Notes under the pieces: model-generated | The model's input: the letters and a program-made list of their open reading frames with translations, nothing else | Databases searched by the model: none | What the model was told of the DNA's origin: nothing | Origin: Chiloscyllium plagiosum | Lineage: Eukaryota | Assembly: GCF_004010195.1 (NCBI RefSeq) | Contig: NC_057756.1 | Location: forward strand, 4,433,936 to 4,497,935 | DNA length: 64,000 nucleotides | Reading direction: 5' to 3' | Position numbers and translations under genes: made by a program | Part shown: piece after piece, positions 37,801 to 52,764 of the stretch | Numbering within the stretch: the first letter of the stretch is position 1 | Layout: each line of letters opens with the position of its first letter

Positions 37801-40800
37801 AGAATAAGCTGTGCCAAAGTAGACAGCAGTAGCAGTGGATGGGTGTTTCCAGGCTGCAGGTCTGTGACCAACGATGTACTGCAGGGGTCCGTACTGGGAT
37901 CTCTGATATTTGTGATACAATAAATGATTGGTGAACATGTAGATGGTCGAGTCATTAAGTTTGTGGATGCTATAAAGATTGGTGGAATTGTATTTAGTAT
38001 AGAAGGTTGTCAAAATATAGAACTGAATGCAGATCAGATGCAGATATTGGCAAAGAAATTGCAGATGAACCATAATCCAGATAAATGTGAGGTGTGTTAA
38101 TTTGGGAGATAAAAAAATTAAGGAAAAGGATACAGTTAATGGCAGAACTCTGAACAGCAATGATGCACAGAGAGATCTTGGGGTCCAGGTACATACCACC
38201 TTCAAAGTGATCACGTAAGTAGATAGACTCATAAAGAAGGCATGTTGCATTCGGGGATTTGAGAACAACAGTCAGGAAACCATGTTGCTTTTCTTTATAT
38301 GACATTGGTTAGGCTGCACTTTGAGTACCACTTTCTATTGTGGAACCCAATTATAGGAGGCTTTGTAAATAGTGCAGAAGAGGTTTACCAGGATTCTGTC
38401 TTGATTCGGCGTTATGAGACACAAGGAGAGGCTAGAAAAACTCAGGTCATTTTATCTGGAGCGGTGGAGACGGGAGGGGAGACGTGATAAACCCTTATAA
38501 AATTATAAGATAGATTTGAAGTTCTGAATTATTTACCCAGAGCTGAAATGTCACATACTAGGCTGCATGCATTTAAAGTGACAGGGTAAGTTCAAAGGAA
38601 ACGTGCGGGACAAATTTTTGACACAGGGAGTTGTAGGTGTCTGAAATGTACTGTTGGGGAGTTGTTTGACGCAGATACAATAAAGACCTGTCAAGGACTT
38701 TAGATAAGCATATGAATATGTAATGAATGGAGGTACATGGACTGAGGGCAGGCAGAAGGGATTACTTTCATTTGGCTGCATATTCAGCGACATTGTAGGC
38801 ACAAAGGGCCTATTCATGTATTGTATTGTTTCATGTGCGATGTTCTCTGTTTTATGTTCTAACAATGATGACAGAAAGGGTATAATTATGAAAGAAAAAA
38901 CAGAATGGCAACAGAAAGCTAACAATGAGAAACCCAGCATTAGAAAAAGGCAGTGGCAGAGATACAGAGGCCGAGACCAAGGAAGTAGGAGCGAGCGATT
39001 GGAGCAAGAACGTACGTGATGACGACTGTCAGCTAATGATGATTAAAATAGAGAGCAGACGTTTGACACTTGTGCAGGTACTAGCGTGGTCTATAAGAAA
39101 GATAATTGAAATACAGTGATGAAATTATTAATTTTTTTCACGCCCTATATTTGAGGAAAGGGATACGGAGTCAGGTCAGAAGCCGTGTCACTAAACTCGA
39201 AACTTTAACTCAGGTGTCTTTCCAGATCCGCTGTCTTTCTCCAGTACTTTCTGGTTTCACCTTTTGTACTGAAACCGGCTTTTTTACATATATGGGCAGA
39301 TTTGGACCAAATTCTTCCTAGCACTGGGAAGTGACTAATGACACATGAATTGAAGAAGAGCGTGATGAAGGTTATTTCTCGTGTCAGGAAAGGTATTCAG
39401 TGTCACTCAATGCTCCACCATCGTGAATCTACGAATTTACATTAACCAGGATCTGAGCCACATCAACCAAGTCAATGGAAAAGTAATTCAGAGGCTGTGA
39501 ACATTGAGGGGAAAAATATCATCTTCAGTCTGTGAATGTTTGTACTTCTATGTAATTAAAGATTTACAAGTTTATTTGTAACTTCCATTTGTATAAATGA
39601 ATGTGGTTTTTTTTTTTTTTGCTCCTTTAACAAGGTTACGTTGTCCTTGCTTATTTTTTCAAAAAGTATCATAAAGCACAGAGGCTCCGATTTCTCTGGG
39701 ATGGGTCGCAGCAATTATGGTTAACAGATGCTGTCTAACGCAACACTCAAGGAAAAGACTGAAACATCCTGTTTAAAATATACTTGTACAATGAAAGGTT
39801 CGTGGCCAGTTCACCAAGATGTGGGATAATTCTCGTTAGGTTTAGCTTTTAGCTGGGGATTCAAAGAAACAACTACAATGAAAAGAGGTTCCATACTGAC
39901 TCTCTCGCCGAGATTTCTCTTTTAAGAACTTGTGTTTGAATTTACCTTGTTGCCAAGGGATGTGTTTATGGGGATGCTACAGGAAATTGGAACAGCGTCA
40001 TTAAGTTATGATAGAGTCGATTGGGTTGTCAGATAGGTTAAGTTATCTTATATTCTGCTCTTTCTTTGTGTTCTTTTTTCGGCAGTCTGTAAACAAATTC
40101 TATTTTATTTTTAACTATGTGGTTTGACTAGTTGTGTGAGTCCTGGAATATGCACCTTGCAACTGCTTAAAATAGCTAGCAATGTTGGGTCTCGTCCACC
40201 TTTTTGAAATGTTGTGAGGGGGCCTGACCTAGTCGACAACAGTTTCAACAGCACTCACGAGTTTGACACCACCAGAGTTCAAGCTGCACAAATGAAGTTT
40301 TATGCATAAACCTCAGCATTCAATCTCTCCGCCCCCGCCAAATGTGTGCCATTCACATGATACATCAGAAAGATTTAGGTGGGTGTTGTATAATGAGACG
40401 AGATTGTTCTATATCCAGTGATTGCATCTGACACTGTCATAGATAGATGATGATGTGGCATGAGTGACAGTGGAGTGGAGCAGGAATCTATCAGGTGATG
40501 ATCACTCAGAGGTGGTGATAGCAGAAAGAAGTACCAGATAGTTTTAGTAGTAGCATCCTGCATGTGATTGGAAAAAAAATCATCGTTTGATTCATTGAAT
40601 GTGGAGTTGTGATATGTAAAACAACAACATTTGTAAATAATTCGTCCATTTGCGTGTTTGGAAGTGCTGAGCATAAATTTGCAAGAAAGTAGCGGGCACT
40701 GACATGCATGTTGTGACGGGAATATTTGTTGGATCAAATACTACGACATGCTGGCTCCTTCTGTTTGAAAGCAACCTGTTAGTTCGAAAAGAACTATGTA

Positions 40801-43800
40801 TAAATAACTATATTGTAAAAAGTAATAATTAGTTCAAACAGGTGACAGAGGTGATTTATGTCAACAATTCAGGCCTCATTATGTGAAGAAAGAGTTGTGT
40901 CACACTGTCCCTGAACATGTTCAGGTGTGAATGAATAGGATGCGTATGGTGAATGGGAAGTTGCTGCGACAAAAAAAAAAGAAATGGAAACTGTCAAACT
41001 GATGTGAAATATTGGAAAAATCACAAACTTAGTCTGGAATAGATTGGAGGGGAAATATATTAGAGTGAAGTTAAGAAGAATTATGTCCTCTGCGGCAGAT
41101 ACAAACAAAAAAAGGTCCACCAGCACAGTCCCCTCCGTGGATTTTGGAAAAAGGTACAGTTAGCATGTCTGTCAGGTTGGGAAGATGCAGAGGTAAGTAG
41201 AAAAATACATTATGAAAGCTGAAGATGCAAACAAATGAAATTGGCAGTAATATTCTCACAGTACTGTGGCTTATACTTGTTAATATCATGACTTTGTTAA
41301 CTATTCCTTCTTTCAGAGCTAAAGAATGTCACTGAAGCCAATGGTAAGGAGGCACATTACTTTCTCGTTTTCAGAAACTGTGCACGCTAAGCATTGATCC
41401 TTTATTCAGTAAACTATTAACTCGAATTCGTAGTCGTCCTTTCACTTTTAAATTTGAATGTCTTTCAGTCGTGTTAATCTCAAAATAGTTGATTATAATA
41501 TAAATCCGGCATTTCATGAGCCATGAGGGGACGAGAGCATCGAAGCAATTGAAGGCCCGGTGGATCACTGAGGTGCATTAAAAAGTAATTTACGTTTGAT
41601 TATATTTTTAGTGTTAATTTACTGCATAGCTTTTTTTTTATTAATTTAGTGCTAAAAAGTGAAAGCGACTGCGTTATGAAATAAGGATGATAGCAACATT
41701 TATTACACTTTGCTTTGATATTCAAGTTACTAATTGTAAGTGCTGTTCACTGTGTTTGTTGACAAGTGAAGGTGTACCAGAGCGAATCTGGGATCAGGGC
41801 AGAAAGAAAGGTTTGGGCTGCCTCTATCGGAAAAATATGCATATTCCATCTTTTCCAGATGTCGATGTGGGATGATTTGAACCTGCCAAACATTACGTAA
41901 ATGAGCCATAGATAGCTGATAAGCTTGTAGCTGCGAATGAAAGACGAGAAACAGCGGGAACCCCAAAATTAATTAATTGCCCAATTCTGTGTATTATAAT
42001 ACAACATCGATTGTTACATGATGTGGCTTTTAAACATGCCTTGGAGGGTTTACTGATGAGAACCAGTCACTTGATGTCTCCGACAAAGAGAAGAAATTTG
42101 AGGAACAGAAAGCCCTGTGAATCAACAAGATAGTCTCAGTGAAGTATATGGAGAGGGATCACTCAATCCCTCCACAGTCTCACCCCAACTCGCAATATCC
42201 ATATTTTGCATTTATGTGTTGGTCTGAGTCTGATTGTATACAGTCTGTGTCAGTCTGCATGTCTGTTGGCGGGGAGGGATTTATTAGAAGGTAGTAGAAG
42301 GGCTTATGCCTGAAACGTCGATTCTCGTACTCATCGATTGTTGCCTGATCTGCTGTGCCTTTCCAAACCTCACTCTCGACTCTGATCTCCTGCATCTGCA
42401 GTCCTCATTTTATCCCCAAGAAAATTACCTAGCCAAGTTATATAATTGTTGATTTAGAATTGATTTCTATCAAGTTCCTAGCAATTTGTATAATGGACAG
42501 GAATGAATCTGTGATTTTGTTTGTCAAACAGGGTCAAATGAGTTGTAAATAATGGAATATTGTTTTCTTGTATGTATTTAATTGTTTGGCGATCTCTGGA
42601 ATAATGTGATTGCAGTTCCAGTACAGTATTCCATTGTGGCATGACGAAGTCTGGGGAATTTAAAGCGATTGATTTGGAGCAGAGACAATGAGGATGGGGA
42701 AGTGGGATCAGTACATGGTACAAATAAATAGAAATGCGATGTCTTCTACTACAGTCTAGGTACAACATTCAGAATAGCACAGGATTTGTTGCAGGTGGCA
42801 AAACTGTTTCTGACAGTCTCAAGAGAATCTCGAAAGACTAAGCTTCATTGCCGCATAAACTGAATGGAACATTGTCTGACAAAGCTAAGAAGGGATGTTC
42901 ATTGATTTAAAAGAATCACAGTTGCTAAAATAGGTGATAAATATTGAATAGATAAACATTGGAGTCAGATGTGGTAATCAAATGATGTTCAGTTAAGGCG
43001 AAATTAGCTTGACAACAGAAATGGAATTAAAATGAACCTCGTTCTGCAGTATGCAGAGAATGATAAAGTACAAACACTTTGAGAATAGTGACAGTTAAGA
43101 ATATGGAGGTCCAATTAAAAAGACAGGAAATGGAAGTAATGCTATGGAATGTGAAACTTAGTTTAAATGATTCCATTGAAATTAAATGCAATGTCCAGTT
43201 TAAGGCCTCATTTGAGGGACCTGTTGAAGAATGTAAAATTCCCGTATTGAATATGGTGCCACGGTGGGGACCAATGGTTTAGTAATGTGAAAAGAAAGAA
43301 CTAATGTCTAATAGTCATGAGCTAATTCTAAAAGATGAAACTTTGTTTTTTTTTCTTTCTGTAACCTCAAAAACTCAAAGGAAATTAAACACTAATGGGG
43401 TAATAAAAGTAATCCAAGAAGCCAGAAGAAAGAATGAATAGTTGAATTGACCTACAGTCTCCTGATTTTAGATTAGAAAATACTGAAATGAAAGATGAAA
43501 CAGGAGACAGGGATAATTGAACAGAATAAATGTAGGACAAAGTTGCTTACAATGCTGAAAGTTGTCATGGAACTCCATCTGACATTTTGGAACTTGTGAA
43601 AAAATACATTCATAATGAGAAGGCGATGCAAAAGTTTGTATCTGCCTTTTTTATCTTCTACCTCTACGCCAGAGATAAACACTACTGCGCTAAGCTGCTT
43701 TCTTAGATCATTAGATCGGCCATTTTGATTCATTTATTTCTGTGTTATTCACATACATAAGCGATTCTGAAGTAATGAGGTTATACCGAATGACCATATC

Positions 43801-46800
43801 TTTACAGAATACTCGAAACAGAATCATACTTTTTAATTAGTATAAATATTATGAATGCAATATTCGAATAATTGTACCACTGAATATAAAAGATGTAGAA
43901 AGAGAAGTGTTCCTTTTTGTCTTTCTAATTTCTATTTTCTGGAAAAAGCATGCCAACGATGCTGATTCGTTCACATTTCCTGCACTGCAGCATAAGATAT
44001 CTCATTTCTTTTCAAAGACGATGTCGGAGAATTTAGCCCAATGGATCGGAGACCACAAAGGAGCATTGCCGTGAAATTTACAAGCGGTTTATTCGCAAAG
44101 CGATATCAAGGAAGAGAAAGTCACTAGGCTGACACAGAACTGATTATCGGCAGAGTTGGCCAAATGCTCTTCTCTGAACAAAAGTGTAGGCATATATTTA
44201 TTGGTGTACAACACAAAGGCGGTATTTGCGAGGCAGTTACAGTATAATGGTGAAAATTGTGAAGAGATTTAAAGAAGAATAAACAGAATGGAAATGAATG
44301 AAGCATCTGGCAGTAAAACTTCATTTATAATTGACATAGGAGATTCGAGCCATCTCCGTGAGTGGGTGAGAATGTCTTCTAGATGATTCTTCCCGTCCTC
44401 ACAAATATGTGCAAATGTCCTTTCTCATGACATCCCTTGTGTTTCTCCTGTGAGGGATGTCTTCTGGAGTCTCTTAATCTAACTGTTTATGCGCTATTGG
44501 TTTCAATGGAAAATGAACCTGCTTTTAGTGTGTTGAGACTGCAGTGCTAATCGGGGTTGGAGCTGATTGTGAAAACCTATTTTCGGGTGATTTGGAGATG
44601 CTGGTGTTGGACTGAGGTGTACAAAGTTAAAAATCACACACCAGGTTATAATCCAACAGGTTTAATTAGAAGCACGCTAGTTTTCGGAGCGACTTTCCTT
44701 CATCAGGTGCTCGTGGAGGGCTCAATCCTAACACACATAAATTCTGTGTGTTCGGATTGAGCCTTCCACTACCACCTGATGAAGGAGCGTCGCTCCGAAA
44801 GCTAGTGTGCTTCCAATTAAACCTGTTGGACTAAAACCTGATGTTGTGTGATTTTTAACTTTATTTTCGGTTGAGTATTCTCTAGTGTAGGTAGGGTCTT
44901 GGCCATACTTGGTTTTATGTTATCCTGTGTGGTGATGACTGGAGCACTCTGGATAGTTTCTCTATATATTGGCAGGCTTGGTTTCAGTGTTTCGCAGTGC
45001 CAGATTATGTGTGTTTTTTTAATGTGGCCATGCTGTGGGTAAGCAGGTGGCAGATCTTTTTCCCACAGACGACTTTTAACTTCGATGCCAACTTATGTGA
45101 CCTTGAATATTTTAAACCAACCACAGTATGACCTCTACACTTCATCTTTGGTTTGTACAAATGCATAATATTTTAGAAAGTACTTCCCAAAATATCTGAC
45201 AGTTTCATTATCTTCAATAAAGCAGAATTTGCATTCCTGCAGTACTATCCATCCTGCTCCATCAACCTTTTTTTTTCCAGTCAAGCATACTATTCTGTGC
45301 TTTGTGACCAAGTTTTACAAAGAAGTCCTTGTAAACTCAACATATGCTTAAGTCGGACCATACAAAAATTTCACTTAAATGAAAAGTGCAGCTCGAAGTT
45401 GTTTACCTCATTTGGCTTTCAGCTGTTATTATTTCTTTTTTTCCCCCTGCATTATGTTCATGAAAACAAATGATAACATTGTGTACTTTTTTATTATTAA
45501 AAGGGTAAAGATGACAGCTCTGTAGTGGTTTGGATTGACTGAAGTACTGCTGTGGCAATTGCAATATTAATATCCCTACCAAAACATCTGCAAATCAAAC
45601 AATTTAAAATAAAATGACGAAGACTGCATCTTTAATAGCCTTCTAAATAAAGCATCTTCATTTTCATTTCACGGATTCATGGATGATTTATCAATACAAA
45701 CTATAGAATCATAGACATCTCAGTGCAACCGATTCGATTTACACCACCTGATGTCAACAAACGGCTGACGTTTCGCAATTCTACAATGCAAATGGAGTAT
45801 GACAGCAATTACAGTAAAACTTCGACAACAACTTGGCTTACACTTTCAAATTTCAAAGTAAAAGTCAGATGACACAAATGCAAAGTACTGTCCATCTCCA
45901 ACAAGAACTAACACAATCACCGCTACTAGATAAGACATTAAAGCCCATTCCATTTTCAAAATCCCCATTCCTAACGTCCAGGGGACTGCTATTGACCACC
46001 AAATGAACTCGAGGAGAAAGTGAGGTCTGCAGATGCTGGAGATCAAAGTTGAAACTTTATTGCTGGAACAGCACAGCAGGTCAGGCAGCATCCAAGGAAC
46101 AGGAGATTCGACGTTTCGGGCACAGGCCCTTCTCGGACCTGTCATATAATTAGAATAGTTATGAGACGAGGTACGCATGGAGGAAAACTGAAGCGAATAA
46201 CACATCCCAATACTCACTGAAGTATTTTAGCTGCGTAGAGACATAGACTACGAATAGTATAAAATATTCATCATGTTGATGTGTGATAACAAAATCTAAC
46301 AATCCTCAATCACCTTCTACCACCCATGGTAAAGCAGATCTCTTGAAAAGCACATCGACAAACGTTCGTTCTGTCCACCCTCAAGGTCAATAGCAAACTT
46401 GATCAACATGTTCGCAAGAATCATTGCAGAAGACTAGCTACCTTATTTCGATAATCCTTTCTAACACCAAGGAATGTGATAAAGTCAGCAGAACACAACG
46501 AAGTTTAAGTTCTGCTGTGATTCGATTCCTGCACTGATTGAAAATTTATTCACATTTCTTTCAGTGCTGTTGAGCCAAAATCATGCAAGAAGACAGCTGT
46601 GGTAACCTTACAAAATGGGCAGTGGAAAAGCACGAATGCAGCTGACTGCACATTTTCAAGGATGACTAGTGATTGGGTAAAAATAATGACCAAGTCAATA
46701 ACTCACAAATCGCAAAATTTGCCCTTAATATTGTTACTTCCAAAATAAAAATTCTGGGTAATTATTAACTTAGGTACTAATTGCATACTCTGTTACGTTA

Positions 46801-49800
46801 TCTAACAGTCATGCATCATATATTTCTTGGATTTTTGTGCAATCTTTTTTCACTACCACTGTATAGTTTGACAACAATTTCATCACTCTATTGTATTTTA
46901 CATTGTCTCCTTCTAATTTTTTCTCCTCCATGAGTACATTTATTCTTCCTTTAATAACGTATTGCTTTCATCATTCATTTTATTGCCATTTTGCCAGATA
47001 CAAATATTGCTTAGGTTTATGCATTTTTTTCAAGGTTGCACATTCTACACCTTTACTTTCATTAAGTATTGTTGATTTCTTCTTCCCAGAGCCAGCACTA
47101 ATTTCACACCATATAAATGTGTTCAACCGATTTTAATTGTGAATATCTCGTTTTTTCCTTGTTCTTTACCATAATGAAGTGAAACCTTTGTGACAGTGTG
47201 GAACTAACCACAAATCAATCTCAAAAGTATTATGAAATCAAAACTGTAATTTCGCAAGAATAACTATGTTGGATCAGAGTAACAAAACCATGGGGAATGA
47301 GTTAGGATTCATCAGAGATGATTTAGAAAAATGAAAACGCTATTATATTAATTGTCACTGCAGGTTCAGGGAAATCCAGAAAAGCAAAAAACAATAAAAA
47401 GGGCAGGATATCAACATAAATTGAAATCATATGGGATAATTTTATGAAATCTATCAAGACTATAAATAAATCTATAAATAAGACGCAAAGGCAAGAGGGA
47501 ATTGACGATTTGTGTCATAAATTAAATCTAATTCTAACCTGACGAATTTCAAGAAATGAGGGAAAGTGAAGTATAGAAGTAGAATATTTTAGTCAGAATG
47601 TTGAGCTGACTTCAATGTTTAATAACATTTCAGCACCTCCAATCATTCCATACTCCAGTCGGCTTAGAACTCCGGTTGAAAACATTAAGCAGAGAAGATA
47701 AATACCAGCCAGTGAGGTTATTTTTTGGTAGCAAAATAATTCGACTCACCTTTATGATAACTGCAGATCATTTTTTACAGACAATTCGGATTCTATAATT
47801 TCCCACAAGGGGCAGCCTCCTTCTCACATCCTGTCAAGAATCCTATGCACATGTTATGGACAATTCAAGACCCTCCTAACAGCTCCAGAAATTCTCCCAC
47901 TTCATAGCTTTTCCCAGATGTTGTAAGTAGGTGTGCAGTGGATATTCCAATAGTGATACAGTTGGCACAATCACTCACTTTTTAAGAATACAGAATTTAT
48001 ATATACACAAACAAAAGGGAACGGAATGCAGATTCGCATTGCATATCTGAAAACCCAATCAACCCTATCCCAACTTAACGAAACGTTTCCACATGCTTGG
48101 AACAGCCCGATACACACTCTCTTGGTTAAAAAAAGCTAAAGTCAAACGCAGGTTCTTACAGGAGAGATGTGAGACAGAGACATTATCAGAATCTAGCTGT
48201 ATACTTGGTTCAGCAGCATGCTGAGTCCCCGGCTAAGGCTTGACCAGGAGGTGCAAAACAGCCAGTCTGCGAAAAACAAAACAAAACAGAGTAAAGATGA
48301 GCTGGGAGAACTGGCCACTCCCCTTTCATTGTCCAAGTGTATTTTTTTTTAAATAAAAGCTTCTTTAAGTAGATAAACTCAGACATATCGGAAACTCTTT
48401 CTTTTCAACCCCTCTGGGAAAAAAATCAAGGACAACATAACCCACTTAAAGAAGCAGTACCGTCACATCTACCCCCTTACAAATGAACCACCAAAATCCA
48501 AACATCACCCAAGGCAGGCAAACGTGCAGTTCTTCATTCTGCTAAAATCTGTTTCCTCCCACTACCGAAAACCTCCAATTTTCATCCAAGGCCTGACAAT
48601 GTGTCGGAAATCATGTCATGTCATTCTGCCAGATGTATAATTTTCAATTTGAACGACTTTAACAAAACGCTCCATCTAAACTCTCTGGAATTCTTGTCTT
48701 TGAATTTTCTACAAACTTCAATTGTTTCTATTAAGTGTATATGATTGTCTCAGATGCATTACTCGTATCATAAAATCTGAAATGTTGCCACGTCAACACC
48801 AAGCTTAAAGTCGTCTTCTCAACGAGTGAATATTTGTGCTGATGAATATTTAATTTCCTGGAAAAATACTCGATACGCCTTTACAAATTCTCATCATCTT
48901 CCTGTAAGAACACAGCGTTGTCTCGCACATTATCACATTGATAAACACCTCGAATGGCTTTGCATAATTATGTATGGCTAACTCTGGGGCAGCGCACATC
49001 ACACCTTTCAGGCTGGCAATCGCCCGCTGACAGTCTGCTGTCCACTGAAACGTCTTGACCTCCTTTAGTGATTCATTGAATAAAGCAGCACCACTGTTAA
49101 ATTTTGGAACAAATTTCCGATAAAACCCAATCAACCACAGGAATTATATTACTTATATTTTTGTCGATGGTATGGGAAACTCCCCCAATTTACTTTTTTC
49201 TGCATTATGAGGGGACATACGCCCATGTCCAATAACATGGCCCAGAAAGGTTATGTGGGCTGTCGCAAATTCTCTCAGCCAGATTTATCACCAAGTCTAC
49301 TTCCCGAAGTCGTTCAAACAATTCTCTTAAATGTTGCAAATGTTTCTTCCACGTGTGACTAAAAATCACCTGATCATCAAATGTACTATATAATTCAGTG
49401 ATCCAGAAATGACCTTATATCTTAGTCTCTGAAATGTGGCTGGCCAATTTTTCTTACTTAATGTCATGACTGCAAATTCATACTGTCCTTTCAGCGTTAC
49501 AGAAGCTGAAATTGTGTTCGTATTTAAGAAAAAATGCAACCATCAGCATCTTCTGAGCAAGTCCAAATTACAAATATAACACATTCTTCCAAACATGGAA
49601 TCGTCTTTGTAACTGCATTGACTTTGTGATAGTCCACACATAATTGTTGGGTACCATGTAGTTTTGACACCATTACTATGGGTGAGTTCCAGTCACTGCA
49701 ACTTACTTCGACATGTCATCTTGGAACATGCATTCAATCTGCCTTTTAAACTGTTCCAATTTTCGAGGGTAATGTCTGGAAGGATGGTGTCTAATCACAA

Positions 49801-52668
49801 TCGCATTTCCGGTAACTACATCGTGCATAATTAGGATAGGTCTGGAAGGCAACTCAATAGTTTATCCAAATTTTTGACAACTTCCTCATTGTCCAATTTA
49901 ATTTTAGGAATGTACAGTTCAGAACACTCTGCGCTTCGTTCTTCACTCTGAGTTGTGAGTCAGTCTCCTTTTGCTTTCCTTCCGTGTCAAAATACCTTTA
50001 CAGCATATTCACGTGAAACAATCTGTGAGATTTCTTTCTGTGAGGAGTCCTTATCAAATAGTGCACCCCACTCCATTTCCTTTGGACTTAAGAAGGTCCA
50101 CTAATTCAAGCATGTAAACGTTCCACCACCACTGGAATTAACACGAACACAATATCTCCGATAGAAAAAATGTGAGTTATTGATTTCTTATATGCTGTGA
50201 TATTTTAAATGCTGTCTACCCAACTCCCTCGCTCCTTTGAACTGTGCCATCAAATCTCACACACTGTTCAAATGTGTGATCAATGAATTTTCAGTTACGA
50301 ATTTTCCTTAATCAATTTTACTGGTCCTCTCATTTCCTGCACTGAAACTAATTCAAATGGACTGCAGTTTGTCGATTCATTTGCAGCATCGCTGATTTAA
50401 AAAGTTCAAACATATTTCCTTTATCGCAATCGTCTAAATAGTATTGACTATAATCCCTCACCTTGTCTTGGATGTCGGATGCCACCTTCCTACAGCTCAC
50501 TGCGATCCTGGGGATGGATTGCAATCGATTGGAACTGTTTTATTCCAAAGCCGTGGGTAACTTCCTTGCATAGTTTTGTTAGAAAGGTTGACTGAAGATC
50601 AGATTGTATCTCTGTGGATAATCCACATCGAGTGAAAAATTGCTTATTCTTTTACAATCCTTTAAGCTATGATATTGCACAATGGAATGCCCTCCGGAAA
50701 TCTAGTGGACACATCTATTATTGTTAACAAATATTATTCCCAATTCATGTTTTAAGTCAGGGCCCTATGCAATCATTTAAGATTCTTGTAAAAGGTTCCC
50801 CAAATGCAGGAATAGATATGAAGAGTGTAGATTTTATTACTGTCTGTGGTTTTCCAATTACCTGGCAAAATTCAACTACATCCTTGTGCAGTTCAGGCCA
50901 GTAAAAGTATTTTTGTAGTTTAGCTTGAGTTTTTCTTACCGCTAAATGGCTTTCTGCTGATACTTCATATGCTCCACGCAACACCTCCATTTATAAGCCA
51001 CGAGCAAACGACCTCATGAACCTCTGCCCATTTTTCATCTGCCTGAATATATGATGCTGCCCATTTCCTCATTCATACTTCATTTTCAAGACAGTAGCAC
51101 ACAGGGATGCATTGATTCCTCTTTCAAGGATGATTTTTAGATCCAATTGCTTTAGTTTCTTTCTGCTGTAACTCAGTTAAGTTCTCTGAACGAAAGATTT
51201 CTACTTTGTCATCCATCTGGTCCTGTTTTGGCTCAAACATTTGATCAAACAGGATCTCTGCTAATTCCACGCAAACTCACTGATCTGTCCTCTTCGATCA
51301 CACCTGTTTCAATTGGTGAGTTAGTAACCTCGTTACCACACCGTCACAAAACGTCCCAGGATAGATTTCCTGTGAAACTTCAGTTACCTTGAGTTTCCAC
51401 TGGCGGTTCACCACAGTAGGCAGCACGCCGACTTATGAGACAGTGATATTGTTGCCAAGGACAAATTGCATTCCTGTAGCTGACAGCTTGTGCAGTACTC
51501 CTACCACGACTTCTCCACTTCATACTCGAACCTCACTGTACAATTAAAGTGAATTCCCGTTACTGGAAGTTTTTTTTTTCTGGCAATAGTCCTTCAGACA
51601 TATATATCTGCTCATCTTTCAACATCAAAGATTGAGAGGATCCGGTATCTCTTAATATTGACACCGGTTAATCTGCTACTCCTGACCAATGTGAATAAAC
51701 TATACCTTAGCAAGTATTTATTTTTAAATTAGATATAGCATTTCCTCCTTTACCAACTTCCTAACAGGTTGCAAATCCTCGTGCAGCATTTTAGCCTCCA
51801 CTGTTTATTCTGTTCATACGACAACAAAATCGGCTAGCTTATGCTGTTTTGTGACATCTGCTGCCCCAGCCCCCCCAACTCCAGTACATTTTATGACTCA
51901 CCAAACTGTGATTTCACGTGGCCTACTTTATTGCAATGAAAACACAGGTGGTTTTGTCTGCTCAATTCCTTTAAAGGGCGTTTTTAAAATGTAGTAAATT
52001 ATCCTTATGATCTTCACTGAGATCTACCTTTCCTAAACACGATCAGGATTTCTCATTTACACAGTTTGTATTCCGCACAGATTGAAATTGATCTTGAAAG
52101 CCAAACTTGATTAATGAACCAACTCGTCGTAATCATCAATCATTTCAACTGTTAATATTGTCGTTTTAACGCTGTTCTTCAACATGAGTTGTCACTACCT
52201 CAGAAAGTGAATTTTTCAACACATCCAACATAATCTTCACTCTCAGAGTGTCATAGAATTGCTCTATTTTTAATGACCTTTTCTACTTCTCAGAGTTACT
52301 TTTTTTCTTTCTTTCAAGCTCGATGTCTGTTTGACCAAAGTCCGTCCTTAGTTTCCTGATTTTTTTTTTCCGCTTCAGGTACAAGTTTAACTGCATATTA
52401 AAATGCCTTTCTTCACCTCCTCATATGCTCCAGGTACCTCCTCTGACAGTGATGTGAACACGTCATTTGCTCTACCTCCAAGTTTTGTTTGGATCAAAAA
52501 CCCACGTGATCACTGGCCACTGCATTTCTTTAGCCATTTTCTCAAAGGGAATGAAAAAGGCTTCTCCATTCCACTCCTCAACTTTAGAAAATGCTTGAGC
52601 ATTTTTATGATGTGCAAATTTATGCAGTTGAAACTCTCTGTCTTTCTTCCTTTATTCTTTCTCCTTTT

Positions 52669-52764
<96 letters not shown>

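Noticed and set aside
46565..46601. Candidate exon ending ...AGCTGTG|gtaacc
   Set aside because: 37 nt from the strong acceptor (frameshifting); the 27-nt version needs a weak GAG acceptor. At best a relic.
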